64,000 bases of DNA, taken from contig OX597822.1 of assembly GCA_951406725.2 (NCBI GenBank), positions 18,600,001 through 18,664,000 on the forward strand, in the 5' to 3' direction. Source of the DNA: Octopus vulgaris. Its lineage: Eukaryota. Shown piece after piece: positions 25,890 to 39,198 of the stretch. Below the pieces are notes generated by a model. That model searched no databases. It was not told the DNA's origin and was given only the letters and a program-made list of their open reading frames with translations. Every line of letters starts with the position of its first letter. Positions within the stretch are counted from its first letter, which is position 1. The position numbers were made by a program, and so were the translations under genes.

Positions 25890-26904
25890 TAGATAGATAG
25901 ATAGATAGATATGAATATATGTTGATGTAAAGACCAACGAGAATGTAAGCTGGCTTAAGGGATAAATATATTAATTTAGGGCTTCACAAAGTGGGTTCTA
26001 AGGAATCCCATGATTCTATGAAAAATTACAAGGGTTTCATGAGGTGTTGTTTAAAAATATATCTTTATCGTTTACTTGTTTCAGTCAGTGTACTGTGACC
26101 ATGCTGGGGTACTTCCTTGGATGGGTTTTTTTTTAACAAATCAACCACATTATTTATGTAAGTCCAATTCCTGAACTTGGGGACATGTTGTGACCTTGAG
26201 CAAGGCATTTCCTTTCATGATGCTTCACTCTTCTCAGCTAGAATGAGTACCAGCCAAGAGTTAGTGAATCTCTCTCTCTCCCTCCTCTCTCTCTCTCCCA
26301 TCCATCTAGCTGTCACCTCTTAAATGTTCCATTTAGTCAAGGATGGCAGAGCCAAAGAGGCTGTTTATGTCTACTTGGGACTAAACAGGTGTCTAAAACA
26401 ATTAGTGAAAGCATGCTACATGTTACCAATTGCTATTTGCTTACAAGAGAGGGTTGACTGTACTGGTTCCACTAATCTATTTACCATATTCAAAATAAGT
26501 TAGGCACAAGCATGGTTGTGTAGTTAAAAAATATTTGCTTTCCAACCATATGATTTTGGGTTCAGTTTCACTGTGTGGACTCGTTGGCCAGTGTTATTCT
26601 ACTCCAGCCGCAGGTTGACCAAGATCTTGTGATTGGATTTGCTAGACAGAAACTGACAGAAGCTTGTCATATACATAAGTGTGTGTTTGTCTCCTTGTCT
26701 TTACATCATACTATGGTTATAGCTGGATGTCCCTATCAGTAAGTAGTGCCCCTTGTTTCTATGAAGACATGTCTGGCCATGAGGAAATATTACCTTCCTT
26801 GTAAGTTGTGGGGCTTGGTGCCAGGGAGGGCATCCAACTGTTGAAAATCTGCTCCAACAAATTCTGTCTGACCCATAAAAACATTGAACAGTGGACATTG
26901 AAGT

Positions 26905-27075
26905 CAACAATGCAGGTTTCAATTCCAATCTCTTTCAGTCTTTTAGGTAGCATTTCGAATGTTGCACCAATTTCTACAGGAATAATTGTTGTCTTCATCT
27001 CCCACATTCTTCTCAACCTTCTTGGCTAGATTCTGATATTTCTTTGGTACTGACTTCCTGACACCTAGGGCAAAG
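26905..27075 (-). mobile_element. R4/Dong-like LINE fragment (RLE C-terminus)
   Basis: KYQNL...RRMWEMKTTIIPVEIGA...LPKRLKEIGIET. Confidence 0.6.
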
Positions 27076-27317
27076 AAATTCATTGTATACATTGGTAGGT
27101 CATTAAAACAAACACACCATGTTGTTCATTTGCAAAGTCAAATGTGATTGAAAAAAAAAGGAAAAAAGAAAAAATAGATAAAAAAGAAAAAAGATAAATT
27201 CAAAGCAACAATGTTCACAGCTACAACATTCTTCTCAATATGTATGATGTACCAGTTAGAACAATCTTTTGCACTCCTAGCATGGATGGCAAGCCAGGGA
27301 TCATTCTCAAATATATG

Positions 27318-27880
27318 GTTATTATCATTGAATGAGAGAGCAGTGCCTGCCATCAAAGTGACACTGGGGTAACAATATGTGAAGCCCAGTATACCTGTCT
27401 GATAAGAGCAAACCAGGCACATGCATCACTGCCATATATGCGTGACATGGTGATCTTGTATCAAGATAAACTGTGCATGACCTTGCAGGTGGGGCCCAGT
27501 TAGAATTTTCTTCTGGTCAAGTAGACCATCCTGCTCAAAAGCTCTCTGAATAAGGTTTGTTTAAGGATGTTAAACAAAACACCCATGTTCCCAGGGTTGA
27601 ATTATTCAAATTCCAAAGAATTCTTCTCAACACATGGCTATAATGCTCCCCAACTACTTCTGCTCGTGATCAGAGATGCACATATCATCAGCCACTAAGA
27701 GACATGCTCAACTGGTTTAAGGTCAAACAACTGACAAGCAGATCTGGGGTGTTGGGCAGAATATTTGCTGTAGCCCATCTTTTATGCCAAGACAAAACAT
27801 GTACATGATAACACTTCCAATGAGTCAAGATCAGAAGCCACAAGAGCCACTATCTGGTACTGCACCAGGGCTTTGATTAT
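27318..27880 (-). mobile_element. ~560-bp interspersed repeat (probable LINE 3' UTR or SINE); second copy at ~38660-39198 (+)
   Basis: Reverse-complement similarity over the whole length to 38660-39198; AAT-type tail. Confidence 0.7.
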
Positions 27881-28029
27881 TATTATTGTCATCATCATCA
27901 TCATCATTATTATTATCATTTTCTCTTTATAATAGGATTTTGTTGGAACTCCTGGAGTCTTGCATGTGTAGCAGGCTTACTACCTGCAGCCTACATTACT
28001 ATGATATTTGTTCTTTTCAGCTATCTAAT

Positions 28030-28830
28030 ACTTTCCAAGGAGGCAAACCTTTTGTAACAGTTCTACTGGGCACTCTATTCCAGTTTCCTTCATATTCCTC
28101 TTGATGCCTTCTGATACTGTTCCCAAAGACCCAACAATAATTGGCAATATCTTCACCTTCTTCATTTTCCATAGCTGGACTATTTCATACTTAAGAGGGT
28201 CATATCTATCTTTTCACCTTCCTTCTTGACTATTCATCGGTCAAAGGGGTAGGTAACATCAACTATATAGCATATGTGGTGCATGCACAAAAACTATCTT
28301 CCTAGTTAACCTTCCTGTACATATACGTGATAATGCTTCTAATCAGTTAAGATCTGAAGTCAATTATAGTAATTATTATTATTAAACTAGTACATTCTAG
28401 GAGGTGTTTTATCTTGAGGTTTGGTAATAACAAGTCTCCTCATAGCAATGTGAGTTTTAATTCTCGCCTCTTTCAATCTTTTAGGTAGAACTTTGGATGT
28501 TTTGCCAAGTGCATTAATCACTACAGGAATAATTGTTGTCTCAGTTTTCCAAGTTTCTGAAGCTCTTTAGCTATATCCTGATATTTCTCAATTTTTTCTA
28601 TTTCTTTGGTATTGACTCTGCTATCAAAGAGAATTCCAAAATCTATGATCTTACCTTGTTTGCTATTTTTGTCTTCTATAATCATAACTGTCCTTCTTGC
28701 TTCAATAGTTTGGTCAGTCTTTAACAGGGAAATCCCACAAGATCTGGTAGTTCTCATTTTCTATCACAACTTCTGGTTTATGTTCATGCCACTTCTCTGT
28801 TGCTTTGGAAACCACATACTCACCTAACAT
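28030..28830 (-). mobile_element. Two R4/Dong-like LINE fragments (restriction-like endonuclease domain)
   Basis: KTDQTIEARR...KIIDFGILFDSRVNTKEIEKIEKYQDIAKEL (28521-28757) and YDPLKYEIVQLWKMKKVKILPIIVGSLG (~28120-28205). Confidence 0.75.
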
Positions 28831-28926
28831 TCAATTCCTAGACTGAGTGGTGAGCTTTGTTTTTGAGCCAAACCTTTCATCTCACATTGCTGTGCAGCAA
28901 TCACTCCAACACCTGATGTATGGTAC

Positions 28927-29354
28927 ACTTAGGAATTAATAAAGTAGACAGAATACAGCGTGCACGCACACGCGCGCACACACACACACACACACATGCA
29001 CGCACAGATGAAAAGGAGAGGTTAGGAAAGAATATGTTACCTACCCCTTTGATGGAATGAGTGAGCAAATGTGTGGCATGAACATTTGAATGCTACAAAC
29101 GAATCATTTGCACAGGTTGTTCAGCAAAAGATGAACATTCTTACATCATCTTCGACGGGAGAGGAGTCCATTATTATTACAGCAGTCTTATTGATATCGT
29201 GTGCTTCCACTGACCAACGAAGGAGAGTTATTTCATCTGTTTTAGGTGGGGGAAGTGTTTCAATTTCACTTGTTTTGTGTATTGTATTGATTGTATTTCT
29301 CTGTAATATGAGCATGCAGTGATTATTTCAGCTTTTTGTATGTGGTGTATGTAT

Positions 29355-29421
<67 letters not shown>

Positions 29422-30521
29422 CACACACACACACTTCCCCCACCTAAAACAGATGAAATAACTCTCCTTCGTTGGTCAGTGGAAGCACACAATATCAATA
29501 AGACTGCTGTAATAATGATGGACTCCTCTCCCGTCGAAGATGATGTAACAGTGTTCATCTTTTGCTGAACAACCTGTGCAAATGATTCGTTTGTAGCGTT
29601 CAAATGTTCACGCCACACATTTGCTCACTCATTCCATCAAAGGGGTAGGTAACATATTCTTTCCTTACCTCTCCTTTTCATCTGTGCATGCGTGCACACA
29701 CACACAAAAGGGTATCAGTCCTGACACTTTGTCTCTGTATATTTGCCTGATTATTTTTTCTTTTGGCTTTTTTGTGATTCCTAAAGCACCTGTTATTATG
29801 GAGACAGTAATGTTTACAAACCCAATATACTGAATATCATTATTCTCAACTTCTTTTACAAGAGACACTACACCCCACACCACCACCACCACCATTTACT
29901 TTCTTTCTTTCTTTTTCCTATAAATACCTTGTCAACCATTGGAACTGTTGCCTCATTAACGAGACGTATTTTCTTTCCCCAGAAGCTCTTAGGCAATTGT
30001 ATCTGGATGATTTGCTTTAATCTCTCTTTGTCTCTATCAATTGGCATTTTCTCATTCTCTGAGACGTTGTTTTGTTGTGAATTTTCACTTTCTTTTTCTG
30101 CTTATATCCCTTAATAAAATACTATAGTTTTGAATGGCATGAACTTCTTGTACTCTGCAATATCAACAGAAATCAGGGTATTCTTGCATATATTTATAAA
30201 TATTTTCTAGTTACATAAGAACCCATTTCTTTATATTTTTGGTATAGTTTAGTTTTTCTTTGTCAGCATTTGTGTGGTGTATTCTAAATGTGGTTATTAT
30301 TGCCATTCTTTTCCTGTCTAGTCTTGCTAATTCACTTAGCTTCCAGCCAGAACAGTGAGACCACTGATACCTATTATCTTATTTTTGGCATTTTTCTCAG
30401 TTTTAACTATTAATCTAATGCATCAAAAATATTCTTTCCTAACCTCTCCTTTTCATCTGTGCATGCGTGCGCGCGCATGTGTGTGTGTGCTGTATTCTAT
30501 CTACTTTATTAATTCCTAAGT
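28927..30521. repeat. Donor segment 28927-29258 with two nearby inverted copies (29431-29696 and 30429-30521)
   Basis: Direct reverse-complement identity with few mismatches. The mirrored ORFs 29071-29322(+) and 29328-29618(-) are nearly identical. Confidence 0.9.
29705..30420 (-). mobile_element. Highly decayed R4/Dong-like LINE remnant
   Basis: ITVSIITGALGITKK-like C-terminal motif and degenerate HHTNADKEKL (HHPKAD-like) region. Confidence 0.4.
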
Positions 30522-30849
30522 ATTTCCAAGCCTGTCTTTGGTCTAATTCTCTCTTTTTTTTAGCTAACATGATAATACTAGTTTTTATTAACAATTCTTT
30601 GCTTCAGTGTTGTCTTAGTGTCCCCAAATTCAATTTTGATGCCAATTTCCTCCACTGAATCCTTGTCTCATGTGTTTCCAATCATTTGTCAACTGTTTGA
30701 GTTTGAGGCTTTCTATATATTTTTTTATACAGACAGACAGACAGATGCATATTTTGGAGATAGTTGATGGCAATCCCGTGGCACTTGCACTCTTATCTAA
30801 TCTAGTTTAGTATACTGGTTAAAGATGTTAACATCAAACACAAAAGAAG

Positions 30850-30887
<38 letters not shown>

Positions 30888-31020
30888 ATATAAGCACAGG
30901 CATGGCTATATAGTAAGAAGCTTGCTTCCCAACCACATGACTCCCGGGTTCAGTCTTATTGTGTGGCACTTTGGGCAAGTGGATCTGCTAGACAGAAACT
31001 GCAAGAAGCCCGTTATATAT

Positions 31021-31570
31021 AAATTTTTTGGATCTAGTTTGAATTCTTTGCAATCAAATTTGAATTTTTCAATTGGTGCTTAAGCCTTGAAAAAAAAAAC
31101 AGAGTTAAACTACATCAGCCGCAAGGGAATACATGTCTATCTTATCTAACTCGTCCAGTAGAGCTGACCAATTGATATCTGAAAAGTTCGATGAAATAAC
31201 TCATGAACACTGCGATAGCTTCTATCAAAAGATGTTTCAACATATTTATGTTGTCGACCAGTCTGAACAAGGGGAGATAATAAACGAATGATTCTTTTTC
31301 TATTATCTCCCCTTGTTGAGACCGGTCGACATAACAGAACATCTTTTGGCAGAAGCTATCGCAGTGTTCATGAGTTATTTCATCGAACTTTTCAGATATC
31401 AATTGGTCATCTCTACTGGACGAGTTAGATAAGATAGACATGTATTCCCTTGCGGCTGATGTAGTTTAACTCTCTTTTTTTTCAAGGCTTGAGCACCAAT
31501 TGAAAAATTCAAATTTGATTGCAATGAATTCAAATTTGATGGCAAAGAATACAAATTAGATCGAAAACAT
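31021..31570. mobile_element. Palindromic (fold-back) non-autonomous element inserted in the TA tract of a SINE
   Basis: Arms ~31021-31282 and ~31301-31570 are reverse complements with an ~18-nt spacer. TA repeats on both sides. Host SINE halves at ~30895-31012 and ~31590-31730. Confidence 0.8.
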
Positions 31571-31789
31571 CTATATATATATATATATCTACGTATGTAT
31601 GTATATATCTATGTGTCTGTGTTTGTTCCTTTCCACCACTTGACAACCGGTGTTGGTGCGTTTACATTCCCCATAGCTTTGAGGTTTGGTGCAAAGAAGA
31701 CCAATAGAATAAGTACCAGACTTTAAAAGAAATTGTTCGACTAAAGTAAAAGATAAAAGATATATATAGGAATTGAAACCCATTTCTGG

Positions 31790-32800
31790 TGCAGTTTTGC
31801 CTTCAGAATGTTGAGTGAAGTATGGGGAATGCTCAAGAGTCTTGTTTCCAAAATTGACCAAACAGAAAAATCCAACATGTTGAGATCAGGGCTTCTTGCA
31901 GGCCATTTATCTTTGCCTATGTTCTTCTGAATTCATTATTGTGTCTGTTTGAAGCTGTGGGGTGGTGCTGAGTCCTGCTGGGGGCTCCAAGGTGCAGTTC
32001 AGCTTCCAAAATGTTGTCAATGTATCGCTGGGTGTTAATTTTAACACCTCAGGGCACAGAAATACGGGAAACCTTCCATCGGTTGTCACAGTCACCCAAA
32101 CTATAACTGACTAGATTTTGATGTTGATTTACAAGTCTACCATCGATGGAGCCGGATACACTCCAAAGTCGGTCGTTCTGGTGCTTTACTGCCTGATTGA
32201 TAATCAAATTCCTTTTCATCAGTGAACACCAAATTGAGTAGTGTGCCTTCAGCAATCTGATGTAGGATAAGACAACTTTTCTCCAGTCTCATGGCCTTAT
32301 CAACTTGTGTGAGTTCATAGTGGTGGATCATCTTGAACGGGTGCGTCCTGAGATCTTCCTTCAGCACTCAATATATCAATGTCCAGCTTGTTTTTGCTCT
32401 GACAGCCAGTTTTCTGATAAAACAATGAGGACTTCATTGTATCATTTCTCTGGTATTTTTGATCAACTGAGGGATCGACACATTTCTTTTTTGGCCATGT
32501 CCAGGTTTATCAACAATGGAACCAGTCTCTTGAAATTTCTTGACAATTTTCCAGACTGTTGTTGAGTTAATTTTAAGCGTTTTTGCTACAGTTGTATTGT
32601 TTTCACCTCCTTTGTAGAGGGTTATGGTTGTATTTCAGCCTATAGCCATTATCTAATTCATAAATCTGAATTTATTAAGTCTGAAAGAAGAAGCAGACAC
32701 ACTAAACTTTTATAATGATGTATGAATTTTATATCATATCATGTTTATTGATAGTTATTAAATCCTGAAACTTTGGTTGCCTTAATTTTGATACACCCTG
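31790..32800 (-). mobile_element. Decayed Tc1/mariner (maT/DD37D-like) transposon
   Basis: TIR CAGGGTGTATCAAAATTAAG at 32800; transposase remnants LVFTDEK, HQNDRLWS, VTTDGR and KWPARSPDLNMLDFSVWSILE. Confidence 0.85.
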
Positions 32801-34763
32801 TGTGTGTGTATATATATAGATATATATATATACAGATATATGATAATAATAACAATTTCTTTCAACTTTTGGAACAAGGCCTGCAATTTTTTAAGGGAAC
32901 AGGCTGTTGATTACATCAACCTCAGTGCTTAACTGATAATTATCTTATCAAGCTGGATGGGATGAAAAACAGAGTCAGTTTTGACAGAATTTGAACTTAA
33001 AACGCAGATCTCCAACACTTTTTGTCTTATCTTCTAACAATTCTGCTATTCCTCTACCCTTACTATTTTATCTTTTACTTGTTTCTGTCATCAGGTTGTG
33101 ACCATGCTGGTGCACCTACCTAAAGAGTCTTTTAGTCAAATGAACTAACCTCAGTACTTATTTTTTAAAAACCTTCCACTTATTCTATCAGTCTCTTTTA
33201 CCAAACCACTAAGTTACAGGGATGTAAACAACCAAAATTGGTTGTCAAGTGATGGTGGGAGACAAAAACAAACAGAAAGTCATGCACATACATACACACA
33301 TGTGCACACACACACACATAATGGGCTTCTTTAAGTTGACATTTACCAAATCCACTCAGACAGGTTTGTTCAGCCTGGGGCTACAGTAGAAGACATTTGC
33401 CCAAGATGTCATGCAATGGGACCAAACCCAGAACCATGTGATTGGGAAGCAATCTTCTAATACAGTTTTCCAATTTCTTATAGCTATTTTCAAGCCAAGT
33501 GTATCTCTTAATATGTTAGCTGCTATGACCTTGTTTTTTAAAGAATTGGTAGAGTGGGTTTTGAGGGAAATTCAGCTGTTATTTCTAGTGGGTCAAATAG
33601 CAATGCAGAAGATCCTTTCTTGTATATTAATTACCAAGATGGCAATAATGTGACTATGGTTGATTAAGTGGAGTGAATTGAAGAATATTCAGAATAGAAA
33701 AAGAGGAAACCATATTGGTCATACGAAAACATCTGTTCTGAGCTGACTGGACCATTGTTTCTAATTATGGTTACCTCACAGGCATCAGTCTACAAATGGA
33801 ACTTGTAACAGTGGTGGTGGTAGTCGTTGTGGTGGCAGTGGTGGCAGCCCTCTTCTCCTCCTCTTCCTTTCTTGTGGTGGTGGTGGTGTATCTAACCTCA
33901 GATCAACCCTGATCCATAATAAAAATGATTCCATCCATAAACACTCCATCTTTTTTTCTTTTCCAAAACTAATTTACTAAGGACAACATTAGCCAATAAA
34001 AGATGATTGTTTGATTTGAGGAAGATTTAGTTGTTATTTCTTGCAAGTCTGGCATGGGGGTAATCATTTAGAGAATAGTTTGCTTTCGGTAGGTAGGTAG
34101 ATGAGTGGGTAGGTTGGTAGGTAGGTAAGTAGGTAGGTAGGTAGGTGGGTGGGTGGGTTTATGGGTGTATAGGTAAGCAGACAGGCTTGCTGGTTGTAAT
34201 TTAGCAGAGTAGGTAAGTAGATCCAAGGGAAAGGAGGTATTTAGACAGGTAGGTATGCAAGTGGAAGGATAAAGAGGTAGGCAGTTTTTTTTTCTTGGGT
34301 AGAGAGATAAGTTAATTAAGTTGGCTGGAACAAAAATCTGAATCCAAAATTCAGAGTTGCTTATCATTTCCAACTACCCACCCCTTTGCCAAACCCTCCA
34401 AAACAAGCAACACAACTAACCAACCAACCAACAAACTTTACCCCCTCATAAGCAGAACAATAACAACAACAATAAGAATGCAAAAACCAAAAAGCAAAGA
34501 TTTTTTCGACTGGTTTGTGCTTTCATTTTAATGCCTGAACCCAGATGCAAACATGACCACACAATGAAGCAAATGATAACAGAAAGATAATTTATCGACT
34601 GCAGGAAATATTCCATAGGAATAACACCAGAAATGTTCCACTAGCAGCTAATGAATATGACATTATGTACGTGTGTGTGTGTGTGTTGCATATACTTGTG
34701 TATATGCCATATTCAGCCCACACCCTCAAATACATAAAGGCACATATGACTGAGTGTGTGTAT

Positions 34764-34801
<38 letters not shown>

Positions 34802-35164
34802 GTATATTTATACACACACATACATTATACACATGTATATGTATATAGAGGGAGAGAGAGATGAGGGAGCCAATGAAGGAGATTATTTGTGTGTTTGTGT
34901 ATATAGGAAATCTACATACATTCTACGTCCATCATAATCATTCACATTAGTCAGATATAACACATGTTAGACTGACTTACAATCATAATTAGTCTTGCTT
35001 TGACACTAACTATATGCTAGTTTATTAATTCTTCATATTTATTAGCATCCATGGCCAACTTCCAACTGATTATTTAAGAGACAAATATTCTGTGTATATT
35101 TACCTGAAATTTTGCATTCATTTGCAACTGCTCTCATAGTTGTCTGCATTATTCTTTATCATCC

Positions 35165-37929
35165 TGTGGTGTGTGTGAGAGATTCGAAATAAAGGCACCT
35201 ACCTTCTCTTCGCTCTGATGGAGACCCTTCAGCGGTAACGGATCCTTCAACACAGCCCAACCCGAACGCTAGAGATAGCAGCTGCTTCACCCAACCTTAA
35301 CAATGTGATCACCCGTCTTAACCTCTCGACGACCTGGCTCAAAAAGGCAGAATGCCCCGCTCGCTGTGCGCACATCACGGCTCCCCAGCTGCTGATGTCA
35401 TCCCACACGCCACCCTGATCTTAAAGATCACAATCTCTCTACTCCATGTCGTAGTCCACCATCCAACCGGGAGGGCGCCTTGCGTGTCGAGATCTTCTCA
35501 AGCTGGGCACCTCGTTCTCCCCCTCTCCACAATCGTCGTCCGTCGAAGCGATAATCCTGCGGAGGTCCAAGACGTGTCGCGGCATTCCATCCACGGAGAC
35601 GTTTCTGGAATTGACCACCGTCACCGTTCCTCTGCTACATTGAGACATACAGCGTGCCTTTGGTGGCTTAACCCAGACTTCCTCCCCTATTTTCACACAA
35701 ATGGGTCCCTTCTCTTCCTCGTGGCCCTCCGGTGCTTTGCTCAGGTGCCTCCATTCATATTTAAATACAGCTCTCTGTGGCACAGATTCCTCAGCTTGTC
35801 CGGATCGGGGAGACAAGTTGTACCAAAAAACTGCTTCAAGTGGCGAAATGTGCCCTCTTTCCGCTATGGCCTTGACTGTCCGATGGTGCCTCACTACGAT
35901 CCCGTTACCGCTCGGCCTATACGCTACTCTGAACAAGCGACGCACCTTCCACCGATCAAGCATAACCCTCAATGCTTCCGAACGAAACGCCGTTCCATTG
36001 TCCATCAGCAGTTCTTCCACGGGACCTCTCTCTAAAAATATCCCGTTCAAGATCTGCGCGATCTTGTCAGCAATGCCTGTTTTCAACTCCCTTCAAATGG
36101 CCAGCCGGCCTGGTCCGCAGTCGACCATGGAGAGGTACATTCCCTGACGGTAGTGTGTCACATCCACAGCTAGCCTTTTCCAGTTGTGCTCCACCGAAAG
36201 GCTTCCCTGTTCATGCCCACACGGAGCAGGGTCGATGGACTGACACCTGTCGCAGCTCCTGACCACTTTCCGGATGCTTCTCCTAGTGACGTCAGCATCA
36301 ATTTTCTTCGCCATATACAGGGTCCTGTCCACACCCAGGTGATGCATAGCATGCAGTCTCTTCAGTTCAGAGTCATCCAACCGACACGCCGCAGCTATCC
36401 CTTTCCGGGCCTCCTCCGGTTCTTCCAACCATGCTCTTTTCACCCTGGTCAGTGCATCCCCCCTGTTTTTCTCCGAAGGCACGAAAACGACATTCAGCTT
36501 CAGTCCGAATTCAGCGATCAATTCACCAAGAACTCCTAGATGGCGCTTCACTAACATCTCTGCGGCACCTTTCGTCCACACTCTCCTTTCACCGGTGATC
36601 ACCGATCCTACCCAGCCAAGCACAGTGGCCGAATCCATCCGGATTTCAATTGTGCACAGCCCCCATTTCAGGGCCAAGTTCACCCCTTTCCGCACTGCGT
36701 CTAATTCGGCGACATTGATGTGGTTGAAGTCATCTGCTTTCCAAAGCTAGGCCGCATCCTCCACCGCAGCGCCTTCGATTGCTAACACAACCTCTATCGC
36801 TATACTGCTAGCATCACACCAGACGGTCCTGCATTCCGTCTTGGGCACATACCAGTTCCCCCTGACCGGGTCTTCCGCTCTCGTCCTCTCTAGGATTTCC
36901 TGCATCGTCGCCACCGTCCCTTCTCCCACCTTGTCGTCCCAACTCTCCCCCTCCGCTCGTCTCTTGGTGTAACTGCACACCATGCTCAGCCATCCAGCAA
37001 TCGGGTAGTGACCACCCAACTTCCCACACATCGAGAACAGCTCTCTCCTGCTGATGCTGGAACTCAGCTCTGGGATTTCATTCCCTCTCCGGAACACCAA
37101 TTCACCCAATCTATCTCCTCCTCCCAAGGGACACGGACCCTTCCTCGATCCACCTCTCCACCTTGTCTTCAAACTCAACCCTGGCATGGCCTTTCAGGGT
37201 ATGCTGGTAACAGCTCACTCTGTTTTTCAGCATCGGGGGCTCGTCCTTCCATCTCCACTCTATCGTCCACCGCTGACCATCGAACGCCACCTGAAAGTCT
37301 TTGTCCTCGATGGTGTAAGCGGCGCAGTCCCTCACGGGGCTCTGCTCTCTCTGGCGATCCTGACTAGCAGTGCACGATGCCCCCATGCTTCCGAACGTGA
37401 CCTCATTTCCCACAATACTGACGCCACCGAGGCGGTTGATGGCGTCCATCACCACATCAACCCCATCTATCATGCGTTCAGCCACAATTACCTGCAGCCT
37501 TAGCGTCGTGCCGTGCACCACTGTCTCTACCTTGCTGCTGCCTCTGCAACGGATTTCGCTGCCGTCGACTGCCTGGACGCTACTTGCCCCGTTCCATTTC
37601 TTTGTCGCCCTTGAAGTCACAAGGGTGGTCGTACAGCCCATATCCATGAGGGCCCTGAATGTCTTCCCCTCGGCCTCCACGTCAATTAATGGCAGCGTCT
37701 CCAATAGTGCCTCTACTCATTTGCGGGGAAAGTTCGAGAGGCAGCAACCCGAATGCTAGAAATTGCAGCTGCTTCACCCAACCTTAACAACGTGATCACC
37801 CATCTTAACCCCTCGACGACCTGGCTCAAAAAGGCAGAATGCACCGCTCGCTGCACGCGTGTCACAGCTGCCCCCTTCCGGTCAGCCCCAAGTTCCGGTC
37901 AGCTCCCCAGCTGCTGACGTCATCCCACA
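35165..37929 (-). mobile_element. Gypsy/Ty3 LTR retrotransposon, internally deleted (protease, RNase H and integrase remain)
   Basis: TG...CA ends and 5-bp TSD CATCC. 3' LTR 35165-35407 and partial 5' LTR ~37745-37929. Protease RALMDMGCTTT; RNase H VWCDASS...HINVAELDAV; integrase HHLGVDRT...CDRC, AVDVTH, LLMDNG, GNGIV. Confidence 0.95.
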
Positions 37930-38264
37930 CATCCTTCAGTTTTAACCATTTCTGTGCTTGCATATGGAGCTAATCATACAGTATGATATCATAATTCCTC
38001 AGGCATTTCATTGAATCTTATTCACAAGAGACTGTTACAACTTAGCATCCATTTATATATACATCACAATATATATATATATATATAAAGTAAGAAAAGG
38101 ATTCAGATAGAATCAGGTACTTGGAGAGCTATGCACCAGGTAGTGTTGCGTAGTCTCTGTAGTTCTGGCCTGTGGTTGGTGAGAGTCGAAATATCAGATA
38201 GGGTATTCCGACATTGTTGGAATCTACCTTTTGCATTGCTTGGCTAATGAGTTCCTGGATCTTC

Positions 38265-38655
38265 ATGCTGGTCTATATAGAGACGATGCTCTCTTGTCAT
38301 ACCTACTAATAGCAAATGTCTACTTGAAAGAACTCGCAAAAAAATTAGGAAATTCTTGTGTAACTTTAACTTTGACTTAACTTTTAAAATAGGGACTAAA
38401 TCTGTTAACATCTTAGACATCTCATTAAACCTAAAATCAGGATTATACAATCCCTACAGAAAACCAGATAAAACCACTAGATATGTTAGCAAATTCTCAC
38501 CCCACACCCCTCCCACCTTTATTAAATCTTTAACTATGGGGGTTTCATGTAGAATTACACAACTTTCAGCAAATGAAAATATTTTTGATTTGCATTCTCA
38601 CTTCTCAATTTGGCACTTTCCATCACAGGATATGAACAGTAAATAATATATGAAA
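38265..38655 (+). mobile_element. Penelope-like element RT fragment (Naiad-type)
   Basis: GLYRDDAL, VNILDISLNLKSGLYNPYRKP...SPH.PP.FIKSL...RITQLSANENIF. Confidence 0.75.
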
Positions 38656-39198
38656 ACTGTAGGACAGTGGCTCTCGTGGCTTCTGCTCTTAACTGATTAG
38701 AAGTGTTATCATGTACATTGTTTTGTCTTGGTATAAAAAATGGGCTATAGCAAATATTCTACTCAATACCGCAGATTTGCTTGTCAGTTGTTTGACCATA
38801 ACAAGTTGAGCATGTCCCTTAGTGGCTGACGATATGTGCATCTCTGATCATGAGCAGAAGTAGTTGGGGAGCATCATAGCCATGTATTGAGAAGGATTCT
38901 TTGGGGTTTGAATAATCCACCTCTGGAAACATGGGTGTTTCGTTCGACATCCTTAAACAACCCTTATTCAGGGACCTTTTGAGCGGGATGGGTTACTTGA
39001 CAAGAAGAAAATTCTAACTAGGCCCCACCTGCAAGGTCATGCACTGTTTATCTTTATATCAGATCACTACGTCAGGCACATATAGTTATGATGCATGTGC
39101 CAGGTGTACCCTTATCAGACGGGTAGTCATGATGGATATGTTAGGTTTCATATATTTTACCACAGTGTAACTTTGATGGCATGCTCTGCTCCCTCACT

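Noticed and set aside
35352-36539. Long + strand ORFs (227 aa and others) over the Gypsy element
   Set aside because: Antisense shadows of the GC-rich integrase region; no recognisable motifs.
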